A DNA stretch of 57,397 nt. Source: Candidatus Nomurabacteria bacterium. GTDB taxonomy: Bacteria; Patescibacteriota; Minisyncoccia; Phycocordibacterales; UBA5272. The notes beneath the pieces are model-generated. The model was not told where the DNA came from, made no database searches, and saw only the letters and a list, made by a program, of their open reading frames with translations. The position numbers and the translations under genes were made by a program. The number at the start of each line of letters is the position of its first letter. Position 1 is the first letter of the stretch. Where the stretch lies: NCBI GenBank assembly GCA_003518045.1, contig DOZK01000020.1, forward strand, positions 19,292 through 76,688. The letters run 5' to 3'. Positions 8,524 through 18,673 of the stretch are shown here, in pieces.

Positions 8524-9771
8524 ATGAAAAATGTATCTTTATTACTCATTAATAAAACAAAGAACAAGGAGTCATATAATTTATCTTTTGAAGGAAAAGA
8601 TACTGGATTTTTAGTGTTAGAGAAATTTAAAAATGGAAATATTACCAGGTATCCATTTTATAGCTTTGGTGGTGATATTAAAAAAAGATATGACTCAATC
8701 CTTAAGATCACAACAATTGGTGGTAAAAAACCATCTTCCGGTATATCAACAAACGTAACAGGGGGTTTTGGGTTCACAAAGCCAAAAGGTATACAGGATT
8801 TATTTTATTTTTTCCAAGAAAAATATCCGAAAATTAACGAGATTGTTTTTTCAGAAAAGGGAAAGATAGAAGTTAAAGAAAATAAATTAAATATCTTAAT
8901 ATCTGACTTTAAAAAAATCGAATTAAGAACAGAAAAGCATAAAGAAAAACAAGGCAAAGAAACGAGACAAGCATATCAAAATATATTCAACTCTATTTTG
9001 CCAACTAAATTTTTAGTTGCCCAAAAGATTAAGTATACAGAAAATGATTTGTCTAATTTTTTTAGGCAGTATGATATTGATCAAATGAAGTTATCTCTAG
9101 AAGATTCTGAAGTTATTAAAGGATTTATTGATAATAAAATTTTAAGCAAAGAGATTTTATTATCATCAAAAAGCCAAATCGATACCTTATATGTTGAAGA
9201 TATACTTATAAGATATAAAGATCTTATGAAGAAAAGTACAAAAGAGGAAGAGTGGCAAGTATTTTTTAATAAAAACAATTGGATATTTAGCAATGTATTC
9301 TTTTTCCCAGTTTCTTTTACAAAGGATAAGTTTAATGTTGGTGGGAATAATATAACTGAAACTAATAATGATAAAATTGTAGATTTTTTATATAAAAATA
9401 ATCTGACCAGCAATGTTGCTTTTATTGAAATAAAAACTCATAAAACTCCAATAGTGATGAAGACTGAGTATAGAAAGGGTGTATTTCCTATAACTAAGGA
9501 TTTATCAGGTTCAATAATTCAAGTCCAAGATCAAAAAAATGAATTATTGAAAAATTTCTACGCAAAATTAGGTGGTTCAGATCTTCAAATTTCTAACTCA
9601 AGATGTGTGGTCATTGTTGGAAATTTAACAAATTTAAATCAAAAACAAAAAGATAGTTTTGATTTGTTTAGAATGTCAAATAAAGAGGTAGAAATTATTA
9701 CGTTTGATGAATTACTAAATAAAATTGAGTATACATTGAATCTGTTCAAGAAAACTCCAAAAATAAAATAG
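8524..9771 (+). CDS. Shedu-like (DUF4263) anti-phage nuclease
   Basis: C-terminal EEEWQ.FF..N.WIF, DFL...FIEIKT, LSGSIIQV..Q and IITFDELL pattern of the DUF4263 PD-(D/E)xK domain. Confidence 0.8.
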   Translation: MKNVSLLLINKTKNKESYNLSFEGKDTGFLVLEKFKNGNITRYPFYSFGGDIKKRYDSILKITTIGGKKPSSGISTNVTGGFGFTKPKGIQDLFYFFQEKYPKINEIVFSEKGKIEVKENKLNILISDFKKIELRTEKHKEKQGKETRQAYQNIFNSILPTKFLVAQKIKYTENDLSNFFRQYDIDQMKLSLEDSEVIKGFIDNKILSKEILLSSKSQIDTLYVEDILIRYKDLMKKSTKEEEWQVFFNKNNWIFSNVFFFPVSFTKDKFNVGGNNITETNNDKIVDFLYKNNLTSNVAFIEIKTHKTPIVMKTEYRKGVFPITKDLSGSIIQVQDQKNELLKNFYAKLGGSDLQISNSRCVVIVGNLTNLNQKQKDSFDLFRMSNKEVEIITFDELLNKIEYTLNLFKKTPKIK

Positions 9772-9772
9772 T

Positions 9773-10882
9773 ATGAAAACTAATCAATTACAAAAAAATA
9801 TTCCTACTGGATGGCAACAATTAAAACTTGGTGATTGTTTGGTGATTAAGCATGGTAAACCTCAAAAAGAAATTGAAGTAGTTGGTGGTAAATATCCAAT
9901 TCTTGCAACTGGTGGAATCATCGGAAGAACCAATACGCCTTTATATTCAAAACCTTCTGTCTTAATTGGTAGAAAGGGCACTATTGATAAACCTAGATAT
10001 ATGGACACTCCGTTCTGGACAGTGGATACATTATTTTATAGTCATATAAAAGAAAATTCTATCGCAAAATATTTATTTTATAAATTTAATACCATTAAAT
10101 GGTATGACTACAACGAAGCTTCAGGCGTTCCAAGTTTGTCAGCATCAACTATTTCTAAAATAAAAATAAACTTACCACCCATCCTTGAACAGAATCGTAT
10201 AGTCTCAGTTATTGAAACATGGGACAAATCAATTGAAAAACTTATATTGAAAATTGAAATTAAGAAACAAATCAAAAAAGGTTTGATGCAGGATTTGCTG
10301 ACTGGTAAAAAACGATTGAGTGGTTTTAAAGATAAATGGGAAATTGTAAAATTAGGAGATTTAATAATTAAACAAGAAAAAACAAACAGGCAATCTGGGC
10401 ACTCCTTAGACACCGGCATGTATCCATTTTTTAATAATTCATCAAAAGGATTTGACCAATATCTTAATGAGTTTGATTTTGATGGTGAGATGTTAATTGC
10501 TAATACTGGTGGTGTCGCATATTTTGATTATTATTTTGGGAAATTTGCTGTGATGTCAGACTGCTTTGTTTTTACCTCAAAAGAAAATTGTAAATTTCTG
10601 TTTTATATTCTAAAAAGGTTAGAAGATTTAATTAATCATAAAGGTTTTACTGGTTCAGGTATCAAGCATCTTGATAAAAAATTCTTTTTTAAATTAAAAA
10701 TAGAACTCCCTTCCATTAAAGAACAAGTAGAAATTGCGGATATTATTACAATCGCAGATGGAGAAATAAAACAATTAGAAAAGAAACTATCTCTTATTAA
10801 AGATCAAAAACGATATCTCCTCAACAATCTCATAACTGGCACAATTCGTACCCCAGAAAATTTATTAGTAAAAGTTAAATAA
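9773..10882 (+). CDS. hsdS: type I RM specificity subunit
   Basis: IPTGW..KLGD; two target recognition domains with conserved LPPILEQ..I and KKGLMQDLLTG spacers. Confidence 0.94.
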   Translation: MKTNQLQKNIPTGWQQLKLGDCLVIKHGKPQKEIEVVGGKYPILATGGIIGRTNTPLYSKPSVLIGRKGTIDKPRYMDTPFWTVDTLFYSHIKENSIAKYLFYKFNTIKWYDYNEASGVPSLSASTISKIKINLPPILEQNRIVSVIETWDKSIEKLILKIEIKKQIKKGLMQDLLTGKKRLSGFKDKWEIVKLGDLIIKQEKTNRQSGHSLDTGMYPFFNNSSKGFDQYLNEFDFDGEMLIANTGGVAYFDYYFGKFAVMSDCFVFTSKENCKFLFYILKRLEDLINHKGFTGSGIKHLDKKFFFKLKIELPSIKEQVEIADIITIADGEIKQLEKKLSLIKDQKRYLLNNLITGTIRTPENLLVKVK

Positions 10883-10887
10883 AATTT

Positions 10888-11109
10888 ATGAAAACATACA
10901 CAGATGGAGACAATGATTCAAATATTATGGGTTACGATTACGGGGAAAGTTGGATAAGGGTATACTTTAAAGATAATTCAGAATACGAATATGCGGGTGG
11001 AGAGGTTGGGCAGTATGTGATTGATCAAATGAAATATCTTGCAGATAGTGGGGAAGGATTAAATTCATTTATTGGTAAAAATAAACCAAAGTATTCATCC
11101 AAGAGGTAG
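10888..11109 (+). CDS. small KTSC-like protein
   Basis: S.I.GYDY....I.V.F.D...Y.Y...M..LA.SG.GLNSFI pattern resembling KTSC-domain proteins. Confidence 0.5.
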   Translation: MKTYTDGDNDSNIMGYDYGESWIRVYFKDNSEYEYAGGEVGQYVIDQMKYLADSGEGLNSFIGKNKPKYSSKR

Positions 11110-11156
11110 ACATATGAACTTGTTACAAAAATTAACTAGTTGAAATTAAAAACAAT

Positions 11157-11993
11157 ATGAAAAAAATAATACAAAAAAATATACATCCAGCAGTTTTTGA
11201 ATCAAAAGAAGTGCGAAGAGTGTGGAAAGATGAACAATGTTTTTTTGTTGTGGAGGATGTAGTTCAGGTATTGATCGAATCTAGTGATTCAAAGCAATAC
11301 ATTCAAAAGATGAAGAAAAGAGATGTTGAACTTGGTCAAGGGTGGGTACAAATTGTACATACCCTTGACGTGCCAACTGTAGGTGGTCTTCAAAAGATGA
11401 ATTGTGCTGATTTACAAGGGGTATTTCGTATTATTCAATCTATCTCATCACCAAAGGCTGAACCTTTCAAACAGTGGCTGGCAAAAGTTGGGCAAGAGCG
11501 AATAGAAGAAATGCAAAATCCAGAAATTGCTCTTAATCGTTCACGGGAATATTGGCAGAAACATGGTAGAAGTGAAAAGTGGATACAACAAAGAATGATG
11601 GGGCAAGAAACAAGAAACAAATTAACTGATTATTGGAAAGAGTCTGGCGTAAAAGAAGGGGAAGAATATGCGATTTTAACAAATATCATTCATTCTGAAT
11701 GGGCTGAAGTTTCTATTAAGGATCATAAGAAAATTAAAGGTTTGAAATCGCAAAATTTGCGTGATCACATGAGTGAGGCGGAATTGATTTTTACGGCACT
11801 TGCAGAACTTTCAACAAGACAAATAGCAGAGTCAGGAGAAATTGTAGGTTTTGAAGATAATAAAATTCCAGCTAGGAGGGGTGGTAAAATTGCAAAAGAC
11901 GCAAAGCTGGCTCTAGAAGAAAAGACTGGTAAAAAGGTAGTAAACAATGAGAATTATTTACCACCAGCAAAGAGTAAGAAATTAATTAAATAA
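11157..11993 (+). CDS. Bro-N domain DNA-binding protein
   Basis: VRRVW..E..FFVV.DVV..L; RIIQSI.SPKAEPFKQWLA. Confidence 0.85.
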   Translation: MKKIIQKNIHPAVFESKEVRRVWKDEQCFFVVEDVVQVLIESSDSKQYIQKMKKRDVELGQGWVQIVHTLDVPTVGGLQKMNCADLQGVFRIIQSISSPKAEPFKQWLAKVGQERIEEMQNPEIALNRSREYWQKHGRSEKWIQQRMMGQETRNKLTDYWKESGVKEGEEYAILTNIIHSEWAEVSIKDHKKIKGLKSQNLRDHMSEAELIFTALAELSTRQIAESGEIVGFEDNKIPARRGGKIAKDAKLALEEKTGKKVVNNENYLPPAKSKKLIK

Positions 11994-11997
11994 ATAT

Positions 11998-14900
11998 ATG
12001 TTATTAGAGAATGTAAATTTTGATGAAGCAAAACAATCACAACTTCCGTTTGTAGAGTTGCTTTTGAATATGGGTTATACATATGTTTCTGTGCAAGAAG
12101 CTCTAAAGCAGAGAGGTGGCGATACTTCCAATTTTATACTCTCAGATATTGCTACACAAAAGTTGATGGAGATAAACAGTTATGAAATTGATGATGTTGA
12201 ATATAAGTTTAGTGAAAAAGATGTGCGAGATGTTATTGATGAGCTTGAGCATATGCAATATGAAGGCATCATAGATACTGCGCAAAAAATTTATAATATG
12301 ATTATGCCAACAAGTGGTGGCAAAACTATAACAGTAAATCATGGTGGTAAAAAGGTTTCTAAAAATTTTAGGTTTATAGATTTTGAAAATCCTTTAAATA
12401 ATTCTTTTCATGTGTCAGCAGAATTTGTAGTTAGTGGTAAACAAAATATTCGTCCAGACATTGTTTGTTTTATAAATGGCATACCTTTTGTTGTTATTGA
12501 GAATAAAAAATCAAGTGTTGCTATAGTTGAGGCCATTGGTCAATTAAATAGATATCAAAGTCCTGAATATTGTCCAAAGCTTTTTACATACACACAGCTT
12601 CTTGTCGGCACAAACGGTAAAGAATTACAGTATGGGACAACTGGCACTGGAAATAAGTTCTATGCTGTCTGGAAAGAAAAAGGAATGGATGAGGAGGATT
12701 TAAATAAAAAGATAATCGAACTTATCAAAAAGCCAATCGATGCCGATACCTATGCAAAAATCCTGCAAGATCTTAATGGATATACTGAAGGACATAAACA
12801 AAGAACTGATAGAATTCCTACAGAGCAAGACAGAGGTGTTGTTTCTTTGTTTGAAACAAAGAGACTTTTGGATTTAACAAAGAATTATATTTTATTTGAT
12901 GCTGGTGTGAAAAAGCTTTCACGTTATCAGCAGTATTTTGCCATTCATAAAATGCTTAAATGTGTGGAGGAAGAAGAAATAAGTGAGCAGGGGATTACAA
13001 GACGAAAGGGTGGGCTTGTTTGGCATACTCAAGGGTCTGGTAAGTCTTTAACTATGGTTATGTTTGTAAAAGCTCTTATTGAGGATCCAAAGATTTTGAG
13101 TCCACGCGTTATTATTGTGACTGATCGTAAAGATTTGGATAAACAAATAAAGGATACTTTTAAAAATTGCAATCTTAAGAAAGAAGTTGTTCAGGCAACA
13201 AGTGGAGAAAATCTTTTGAAATTAATCAAAGAAAAAGATCTGTCTGTGATTACTACTTTGGTTCATAAGTTTCAATCAGCAGCTAAGAAAAAGTCAGGCT
13301 TTGTTGATAATGATAAAAATATATTTGTTCTTGTAGATGAAGCACATAGAAGTCAAAGTGGTATGGCGAATATAGAAATGAATCGTATTATTCCAAATGC
13401 TTGCTATATAGGTTTTACTGGTACTCCGCTCATGAAAAATGAAAAGGAAAGTTGGAGAAAGTTCGGTGGATATATAGACAAGTACACTATTGATGATGCT
13501 CTTCAAGACAAAATTATTTTACCTCTTGTTTATGAAGGTAGATATGTTGAACTTGAACAAAATGCAGAGCAAATAGATAAACACACTGATAGAGTTTCGG
13601 AAGATATGAGTAAGAAATATAATAGTAGTCTGATAACAAAAAAGCATGTTATGCAACTTCAGAAGCAAATCACTTTTGATGTTATTGAGAATAATCCGCA
13701 GAGAATTGAGGAAATAGCTCGAGATATAGAAAAACATTTCATAAATAATTTTCAGCATACAGGATTAAAAGCACAAATTGTTGCCCCATCAAAATACTCA
13801 GCCGTCTTATTTAAGAAATATTTTGAGAGAAGTGGTAGTATTCGTACCGAGGTTGTTATTTCTGACGAGCATGAAGATGGAAATGTTGAAAATACACATA
13901 AAAAAGAAGTGGTGGAATATTTAAATACTATTCGCACCAAGCATAGTAGTGTGAGTAGTTATGAAAAAGATGTTATTGATAGTTTTAAACATAATGATGA
14001 AGGTGTTGAGATAATTATTGTTGTAGATAAATTACTTACGGGCTTTGACGCTCCAAGGAATACAGTTTTATATCTTGCAAAAAGTTTACATGATCATGGA
14101 TTATTACAGGCTATAGCGCGTGTTAATCGTTTGTATGAAAATAAGAAACTTCCCAAGACCTCTGGTTACATAATTGACTATTCGGAGAATGCTAAGAATA
14201 TAAAAACAGCTATGAAGCTTTTTGGTAATTATGATGAAGATGATGTGAAAGGAACATTAATTGATGTCAATCAAAAAATAAATGAATTAGAACAAAATTA
14301 TGGGCTTCTTAATGATTTGTTTAAAGAAATAAAAAATTCTACCGACGACGAGACGTATATTCAATTACTCAAAGATGAGCCGACTAGAGAGGTTTTTTAT
14401 AAAACACTGAATGATCTTATTAGAAATATGAATGAGTGTCTGGTATTACAAAATTTTGTGCATGAGTTTAAACATTTAGATATGTATAAACGAGATTTGA
14501 AAAAGTTTATGGAGCTTCGTAAATCTGCGAGTTTAATGTATAAAGAACAGGTTGATCTATCGGAGTATAAACAATCATTAGTAAAAATTCTAGATAAATA
14601 TGTCGATGCTAAGGGTATAGAATTACTTACAAAGCAGGTCAGTATTACTGATAAAAAAGATTTTGACGAAGCTGTAGAAAAGCTTCGTTCTGATAAATCA
14701 AAAGCAGAAGCTATAGCTGCTCAAACACAACGTACTATTACTGAGAGGGAGCATACAGATCCAGAGTTTTACAATCGTTTTTCTAAAAAGATTTCTGAGA
14801 TTCTTGAAAAGATGCGCCAGGGGAAATTGGCTGATGTAGAGGTCTTGAAACAGATGAGATTAATTCAAGATACAGTTATTGAAAAAAAGGATGTAGGGCT

Positions 14901-15216
14901 TCCTGCAAAAATTGAATCACAAAAAGGAGCTGATATATTTTATCGTAATTTACGAAATGAATTTGATGGGTTAAATTTAAGTGAAGAAATGTATATTTCT
15001 ACTATCCTTGATATTTTTTCTGTTCTTAAAAAAGAGGCAATAGTGGATTGGTATAAAAATGTTGATGTAAAACGTAAAATGAGAAGTAGCGTTGATGATT
15101 ATCTTTATGATGTTCTTAAGGTAGAAAAAGATATATCTATTGATAACAGCCAAGCTCAGTTTATTCTTAATACTATTATGCAATTAGCCGAAAATAACTT
15201 TGAAATTATCTCATAG
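11998..15216 (+). CDS. hsdR: type I RM restriction subunit
   Basis: RPDIV.FING.P..VIENK nuclease motif, WHTQGSGKS Walker A, DEAH, LLTGFDAP. Confidence 0.96.
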   Translation: MLLENVNFDEAKQSQLPFVELLLNMGYTYVSVQEALKQRGGDTSNFILSDIATQKLMEINSYEIDDVEYKFSEKDVRDVIDELEHMQYEGIIDTAQKIYNMIMPTSGGKTITVNHGGKKVSKNFRFIDFENPLNNSFHVSAEFVVSGKQNIRPDIVCFINGIPFVVIENKKSSVAIVEAIGQLNRYQSPEYCPKLFTYTQLLVGTNGKELQYGTTGTGNKFYAVWKEKGMDEEDLNKKIIELIKKPIDADTYAKILQDLNGYTEGHKQRTDRIPTEQDRGVVSLFETKRLLDLTKNYILFDAGVKKLSRYQQYFAIHKMLKCVEEEEISEQGITRRKGGLVWHTQGSGKSLTMVMFVKALIEDPKILSPRVIIVTDRKDLDKQIKDTFKNCNLKKEVVQATSGENLLKLIKEKDLSVITTLVHKFQSAAKKKSGFVDNDKNIFVLVDEAHRSQSGMANIEMNRIIPNACYIGFTGTPLMKNEKESWRKFGGYIDKYTIDDALQDKIILPLVYEGRYVELEQNAEQIDKHTDRVSEDMSKKYNSSLITKKHVMQLQKQITFDVIENNPQRIEEIARDIEKHFINNFQHTGLKAQIVAPSKYSAVLFKKYFERSGSIRTEVVISDEHEDGNVENTHKKEVVEYLNTIRTKHSSVSSYEKDVIDSFKHNDEGVEIIIVVDKLLTGFDAPRNTVLYLAKSLHDHGLLQAIARVNRLYENKKLPKTSGYIIDYSENAKNIKTAMKLFGNYDEDDVKGTLIDVNQKINELEQNYGLLNDLFKEIKNSTDDETYIQLLKDEPTREVFYKTLNDLIRNMNECLVLQNFVHEFKHLDMYKRDLKKFMELRKSASLMYKEQVDLSEYKQSLVKILDKYVDAKGIELLTKQVSITDKKDFDEAVEKLRSDKSKAEAIAAQTQRTITEREHTDPEFYNRFSKKISEILEKMRQGKLADVEVLKQMRLIQDTVIEKKDVGLPAKIESQKGADIFYRNLRNEFDGLNLSEEMYISTILDIFSVLKKEAIVDWYKNVDVKRKMRSSVDDYLYDVLKVEKDISIDNSQAQFILNTIMQLAENNFEIIS

Positions 15217-15224
15217 AAAAAAAT

Positions 15225-15923
15225 ATGAAGAAATTTATTTTTGGTAATTTTGTGTATGAATATCAACTCATTAAACAAGTTAGAAAAACATTAAGTTTAA
15301 CCGTGACACCAGATCTTTTAATTATTCTTAAATGTCCGGAGCATACAGATAGCGAACGTATTGAAAAATTTTTAAAGAAAAAATGGTTTTGGTTAGAAAA
15401 GCAACTTTCTTTTTTTAAAAAATATCAGAGGAAGATTTATAAAAAAGAATATATTTCAGGGGAGGGGTATTTATATCTAGGCAGACAATACAAACTTCTT
15501 GTTAAGAATAGTAGGCAAGACAGTGTTTCTATTACTAAAGGCAAATTATTTATAAATACGACAAAAGCCGTTTCAAATAGCAAATATACTAGAAAATTGA
15601 TTGATGCTTGGTTTTTAGAAAAAACAAATAAAGTTTTTCAGGACAGATTTGTTGAGATGGTTTCTAAATTCGAGTATAAAACCATTCCAAAACTTGCAAT
15701 TAGAGATATGAAGAAACGTTGGGGAAGTTTTTTAAAGCAGGATAAGATTTTTTTGAACCCGAAACTTATTCATACCTCAAAAGATTGTATTGATTATGTG
15801 ATTGTTCATGAATTGTGCCATATAAAATACAAGAATCACAATATAAAGTTTTTTAATCTTTTAGAAGAAAAATATCCTAAATGGGAAAAAGTAAAAGAGA
15901 AGCTTGAGATGTATTTGGTTTAA
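15225..15923 (+). CDS. M48/YgjP (DUF45) metallopeptidase
   Basis: RWGS, DYVIVHELCH zinc motif; typical companion downstream of hsdR. Confidence 0.9.
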   Translation: MKKFIFGNFVYEYQLIKQVRKTLSLTVTPDLLIILKCPEHTDSERIEKFLKKKWFWLEKQLSFFKKYQRKIYKKEYISGEGYLYLGRQYKLLVKNSRQDSVSITKGKLFINTTKAVSNSKYTRKLIDAWFLEKTNKVFQDRFVEMVSKFEYKTIPKLAIRDMKKRWGSFLKQDKIFLNPKLIHTSKDCIDYVIVHELCHIKYKNHNIKFFNLLEEKYPKWEKVKEKLEMYLV

Positions 15924-16170
15924 ATTAAATCAAACGTATTAGAGTTAGCTATGGCTTAACTCTAATCAAATGTGATTAGTTAGAGTTAATTATTTGAAGG
16001 TTTGGATAACAATAACATTGAACATTAATGTTTTTAGAGAGTTTTTCATGACCATGGGATTATAATTGTGAAAAACTTGACCCGCAGGACCTTATAAGGT
16101 TGTAATCAAATTTTGAAATTTAAAAAAATTGACTGTTAGCCGGTGGCTATCCCTGATATACTAGCAAAAT

Positions 16171-17439
16171 ATGGCCCACATTATCTCTAACTTCGACAGT
16201 ATTGCCACCAATCAGTTAAGAATAGATGCTTTATCAATTCTGGAAAAGGGGAGCTTAGCAATAGACACTAATTTAGTTGTTAAAAGAGCCATTTCATTAG
16301 AAAATGAAATTCTTTTTGTTCATGGACATAAATATAATTTAAAAGATTATGATAAGGTTTTTGTTTTTGGATTTGGAAAGGCGTCTTGTAAAGCCGTACA
16401 AGAAATAGAAAGTATTTTAGGAAATAAAATAGCAGGTGGAATAGTAATTGATAAACATATAAGTGAATGTAATTATGTAAAAGTATATAAAGGCTCTCAC
16501 CCGCTTCCAACATCGTACAATGTTGAAATCTCACAAAAAATAAAAGACTTGGCTGAAAGTTTAACAGAAAAAGATTTAGCAATAGTTGTTGTCTCAGGTG
16601 GAGGCTCTGCACTTTTGTGTTTACCACAATCTGAGTGCGAGCAAGGCAGTGAATTGTATTCTAATTTCCTTAAAGCTGGAGGGAATATAAAAGAATTAAA
16701 TATTTTACGTAAACATATTTCGACAATTAAAGGAGGGGGACTCGCTAAATTTTTATATCCAGCAACAGTGGTGAGTCTAGTTTTCTGTGATGTCCCAGGA
16801 GACCATTTCGGAGAGGTGGCATCTGGTCCAACTTATTTAGACCACTCAACTGTAGCTGATGCTGAAGCATTACTTACAAAACATAATATAAAAAATGTTT
16901 TTAGATTAAATGAAACTCCGAAAGAAGAAAAGTATTTTGAAAATGTAAGAAATGTTCCCATTGTTTCAAATAAAGAAGCATTGCGTGCGATGGAATTGGA
17001 AGCTAAAGAAAGAGGCTATGAAGTTATTCTTTTAGGGGATGAAGTTTATGACACACCGGAGATTTTTCTTAAAAATGCATATTCTGCTTTAAAAAATAAA
17101 AGTGTTGTAATAGCTGGTGGAGAGCTTTCTATTGCTCTTAAAAAAGAAGGTGGGATTGGAGGCAGAAATCTTTACACTGGAACTGAGGCATTAAATATAA
17201 TTAGTGATACAGATTTATTTATCGCATATGCATCAGACGGAATAGATAATAAATCGGTATATGCTGGTGCAGTTATTGATGCTGAAACTAAAAGAAAAAT
17301 AAAAGATAGAAATTTAGATGTAGAAAAGTTGCATGAAGACAATAAAGATAATGAAATCTTTGAAGAAATCGGGGAGGTAATAATCACAGGGGATACCGGA
17401 AGTAATGTTTCGGACCTTTATTTAATGATGAGAAATTAA
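16171..17439 (+). CDS. glycerate 2-kinase (DUF4147/MOFRL family)
   Basis: GFGKAS, HPLP, SGGGSAL, KGGGLA, ASGPT, GGRN, DGID, TGSNVSD. Confidence 0.9.
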   Translation: MAHIISNFDSIATNQLRIDALSILEKGSLAIDTNLVVKRAISLENEILFVHGHKYNLKDYDKVFVFGFGKASCKAVQEIESILGNKIAGGIVIDKHISECNYVKVYKGSHPLPTSYNVEISQKIKDLAESLTEKDLAIVVVSGGGSALLCLPQSECEQGSELYSNFLKAGGNIKELNILRKHISTIKGGGLAKFLYPATVVSLVFCDVPGDHFGEVASGPTYLDHSTVADAEALLTKHNIKNVFRLNETPKEEKYFENVRNVPIVSNKEALRAMELEAKERGYEVILLGDEVYDTPEIFLKNAYSALKNKSVVIAGGELSIALKKEGGIGGRNLYTGTEALNIISDTDLFIAYASDGIDNKSVYAGAVIDAETKRKIKDRNLDVEKLHEDNKDNEIFEEIGEVIITGDTGSNVSDLYLMMRN

Positions 17440-17450
17440 TTTAAAAAAGT

Positions 17451-18671
17451 ATGAGTAAAATAAAAAGCATAAGTGCAGAAATAATTAATGACTCAAGAAA
17501 TATTCCTACACTTTCTGTCTCTGTAATTGATGATTTAGGGAATATTGGTATTTGTATGGTTCCCTCTGGTGCTAGTACTGGTAAATATGAAGCTTTTGAA
17601 TTACGAGATGACGGTACAAGTAAAGGCGGAGTTACAAAAGCACAGGAAATTATAAATACAAAAATAAATGATGCACTTCTAGGAATGGACGTTGATAATC
17701 AAAGAGAAATTGATAATTTACTTCTAAAATTAGATGGAACTTCTAATAAAACTAACTTAGGAGGAAATAGCATGATAGGAGTAAGTATTGCAGTTGCAAA
17801 ATCTGCTTCTAAATCAGTTGGTAAAGAATTTTATGAATATTTAGAAACTTTGGCTGAAGTAACATCCTCCATTACTTGTCCAAAATTATATTTTAATTTA
17901 ATAAATGGTGGCAAACATGCAAATACGCAATTAGCTTTTCAGGAATATCATTTAGTTCCTCAAGTGGAAAGTGTTAAAGAGTCATTAGATATAGCCCAAA
18001 AAGTACAAGATGCTCTTGGGAATATTATTTCAGAAAAATATGGTGATGTGGCACGCGGGGACGAAGGGGGTTATGCGGTTCCAACAGAAAATATACGCGA
18101 GCCACTAGAGCTTTTATCTCAAGCAGTAAAAATTTGTGGTGTAGAAGATAAAGTCATGTTTGCGTTAGATGTTGCCGCTTCATCTTTTTATGATGAGTCT
18201 ACAGAATTATATAAAATTGGTAATGAAGAACACACAAAAGAGGAATTACGAGATACATATATTTCTTTTGCAGAATCTTTCCCAATAATTTCCATTGAAG
18301 ACCCATTCTTTGAAGAAGATTTTGAAGCTTTTAGAGATTTGCAATTAGCAATTCCAGAAGTAACAATTGTTGGAGATGATTTAACTGTAACTAATGTTGA
18401 AAGATTAAAGAGGGCTGTCTCCATTGCAAGGATAAAGGGAATGATTATCAAACCAAATCAAATTGGCACACTTTCAGAAACGATAGACACTATTACTTTT
18501 GCTCAAAAAAATAATATTAAATGTATAGTAAGCCACAGAAGCGGAGAGACATTAGATGATATGATTGCAGATATAACAATTGCTTTTAAAACTTTTGGAA
18601 TGAAGTCCGGTGCGCGTGGCCCGAAAGAAAGAGAAGTGAAATATCAAAGATTAAGTGCAATACAAAAATAA
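17451..18671 (+). CDS. eno: enolase
   Basis: VPSGASTG..EA.ELRD, GDEGG, IKPNQIGTLSE, SHRSGET. Confidence 0.97.
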   Translation: MSKIKSISAEIINDSRNIPTLSVSVIDDLGNIGICMVPSGASTGKYEAFELRDDGTSKGGVTKAQEIINTKINDALLGMDVDNQREIDNLLLKLDGTSNKTNLGGNSMIGVSIAVAKSASKSVGKEFYEYLETLAEVTSSITCPKLYFNLINGGKHANTQLAFQEYHLVPQVESVKESLDIAQKVQDALGNIISEKYGDVARGDEGGYAVPTENIREPLELLSQAVKICGVEDKVMFALDVAASSFYDESTELYKIGNEEHTKEELRDTYISFAESFPIISIEDPFFEEDFEAFRDLQLAIPEVTIVGDDLTVTNVERLKRAVSIARIKGMIIKPNQIGTLSETIDTITFAQKNNIKCIVSHRSGETLDDMIADITIAFKTFGMKSGARGPKEREVKYQRLSAIQK

Positions 18672-18673
18672 AT

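Noticed and set aside
3793..15990. Defence island as an integrative element or prophage at tRNA-His
   Set aside because: No integrase or phage genes, and I found no direct repeat of the tRNA 3' end at the right border
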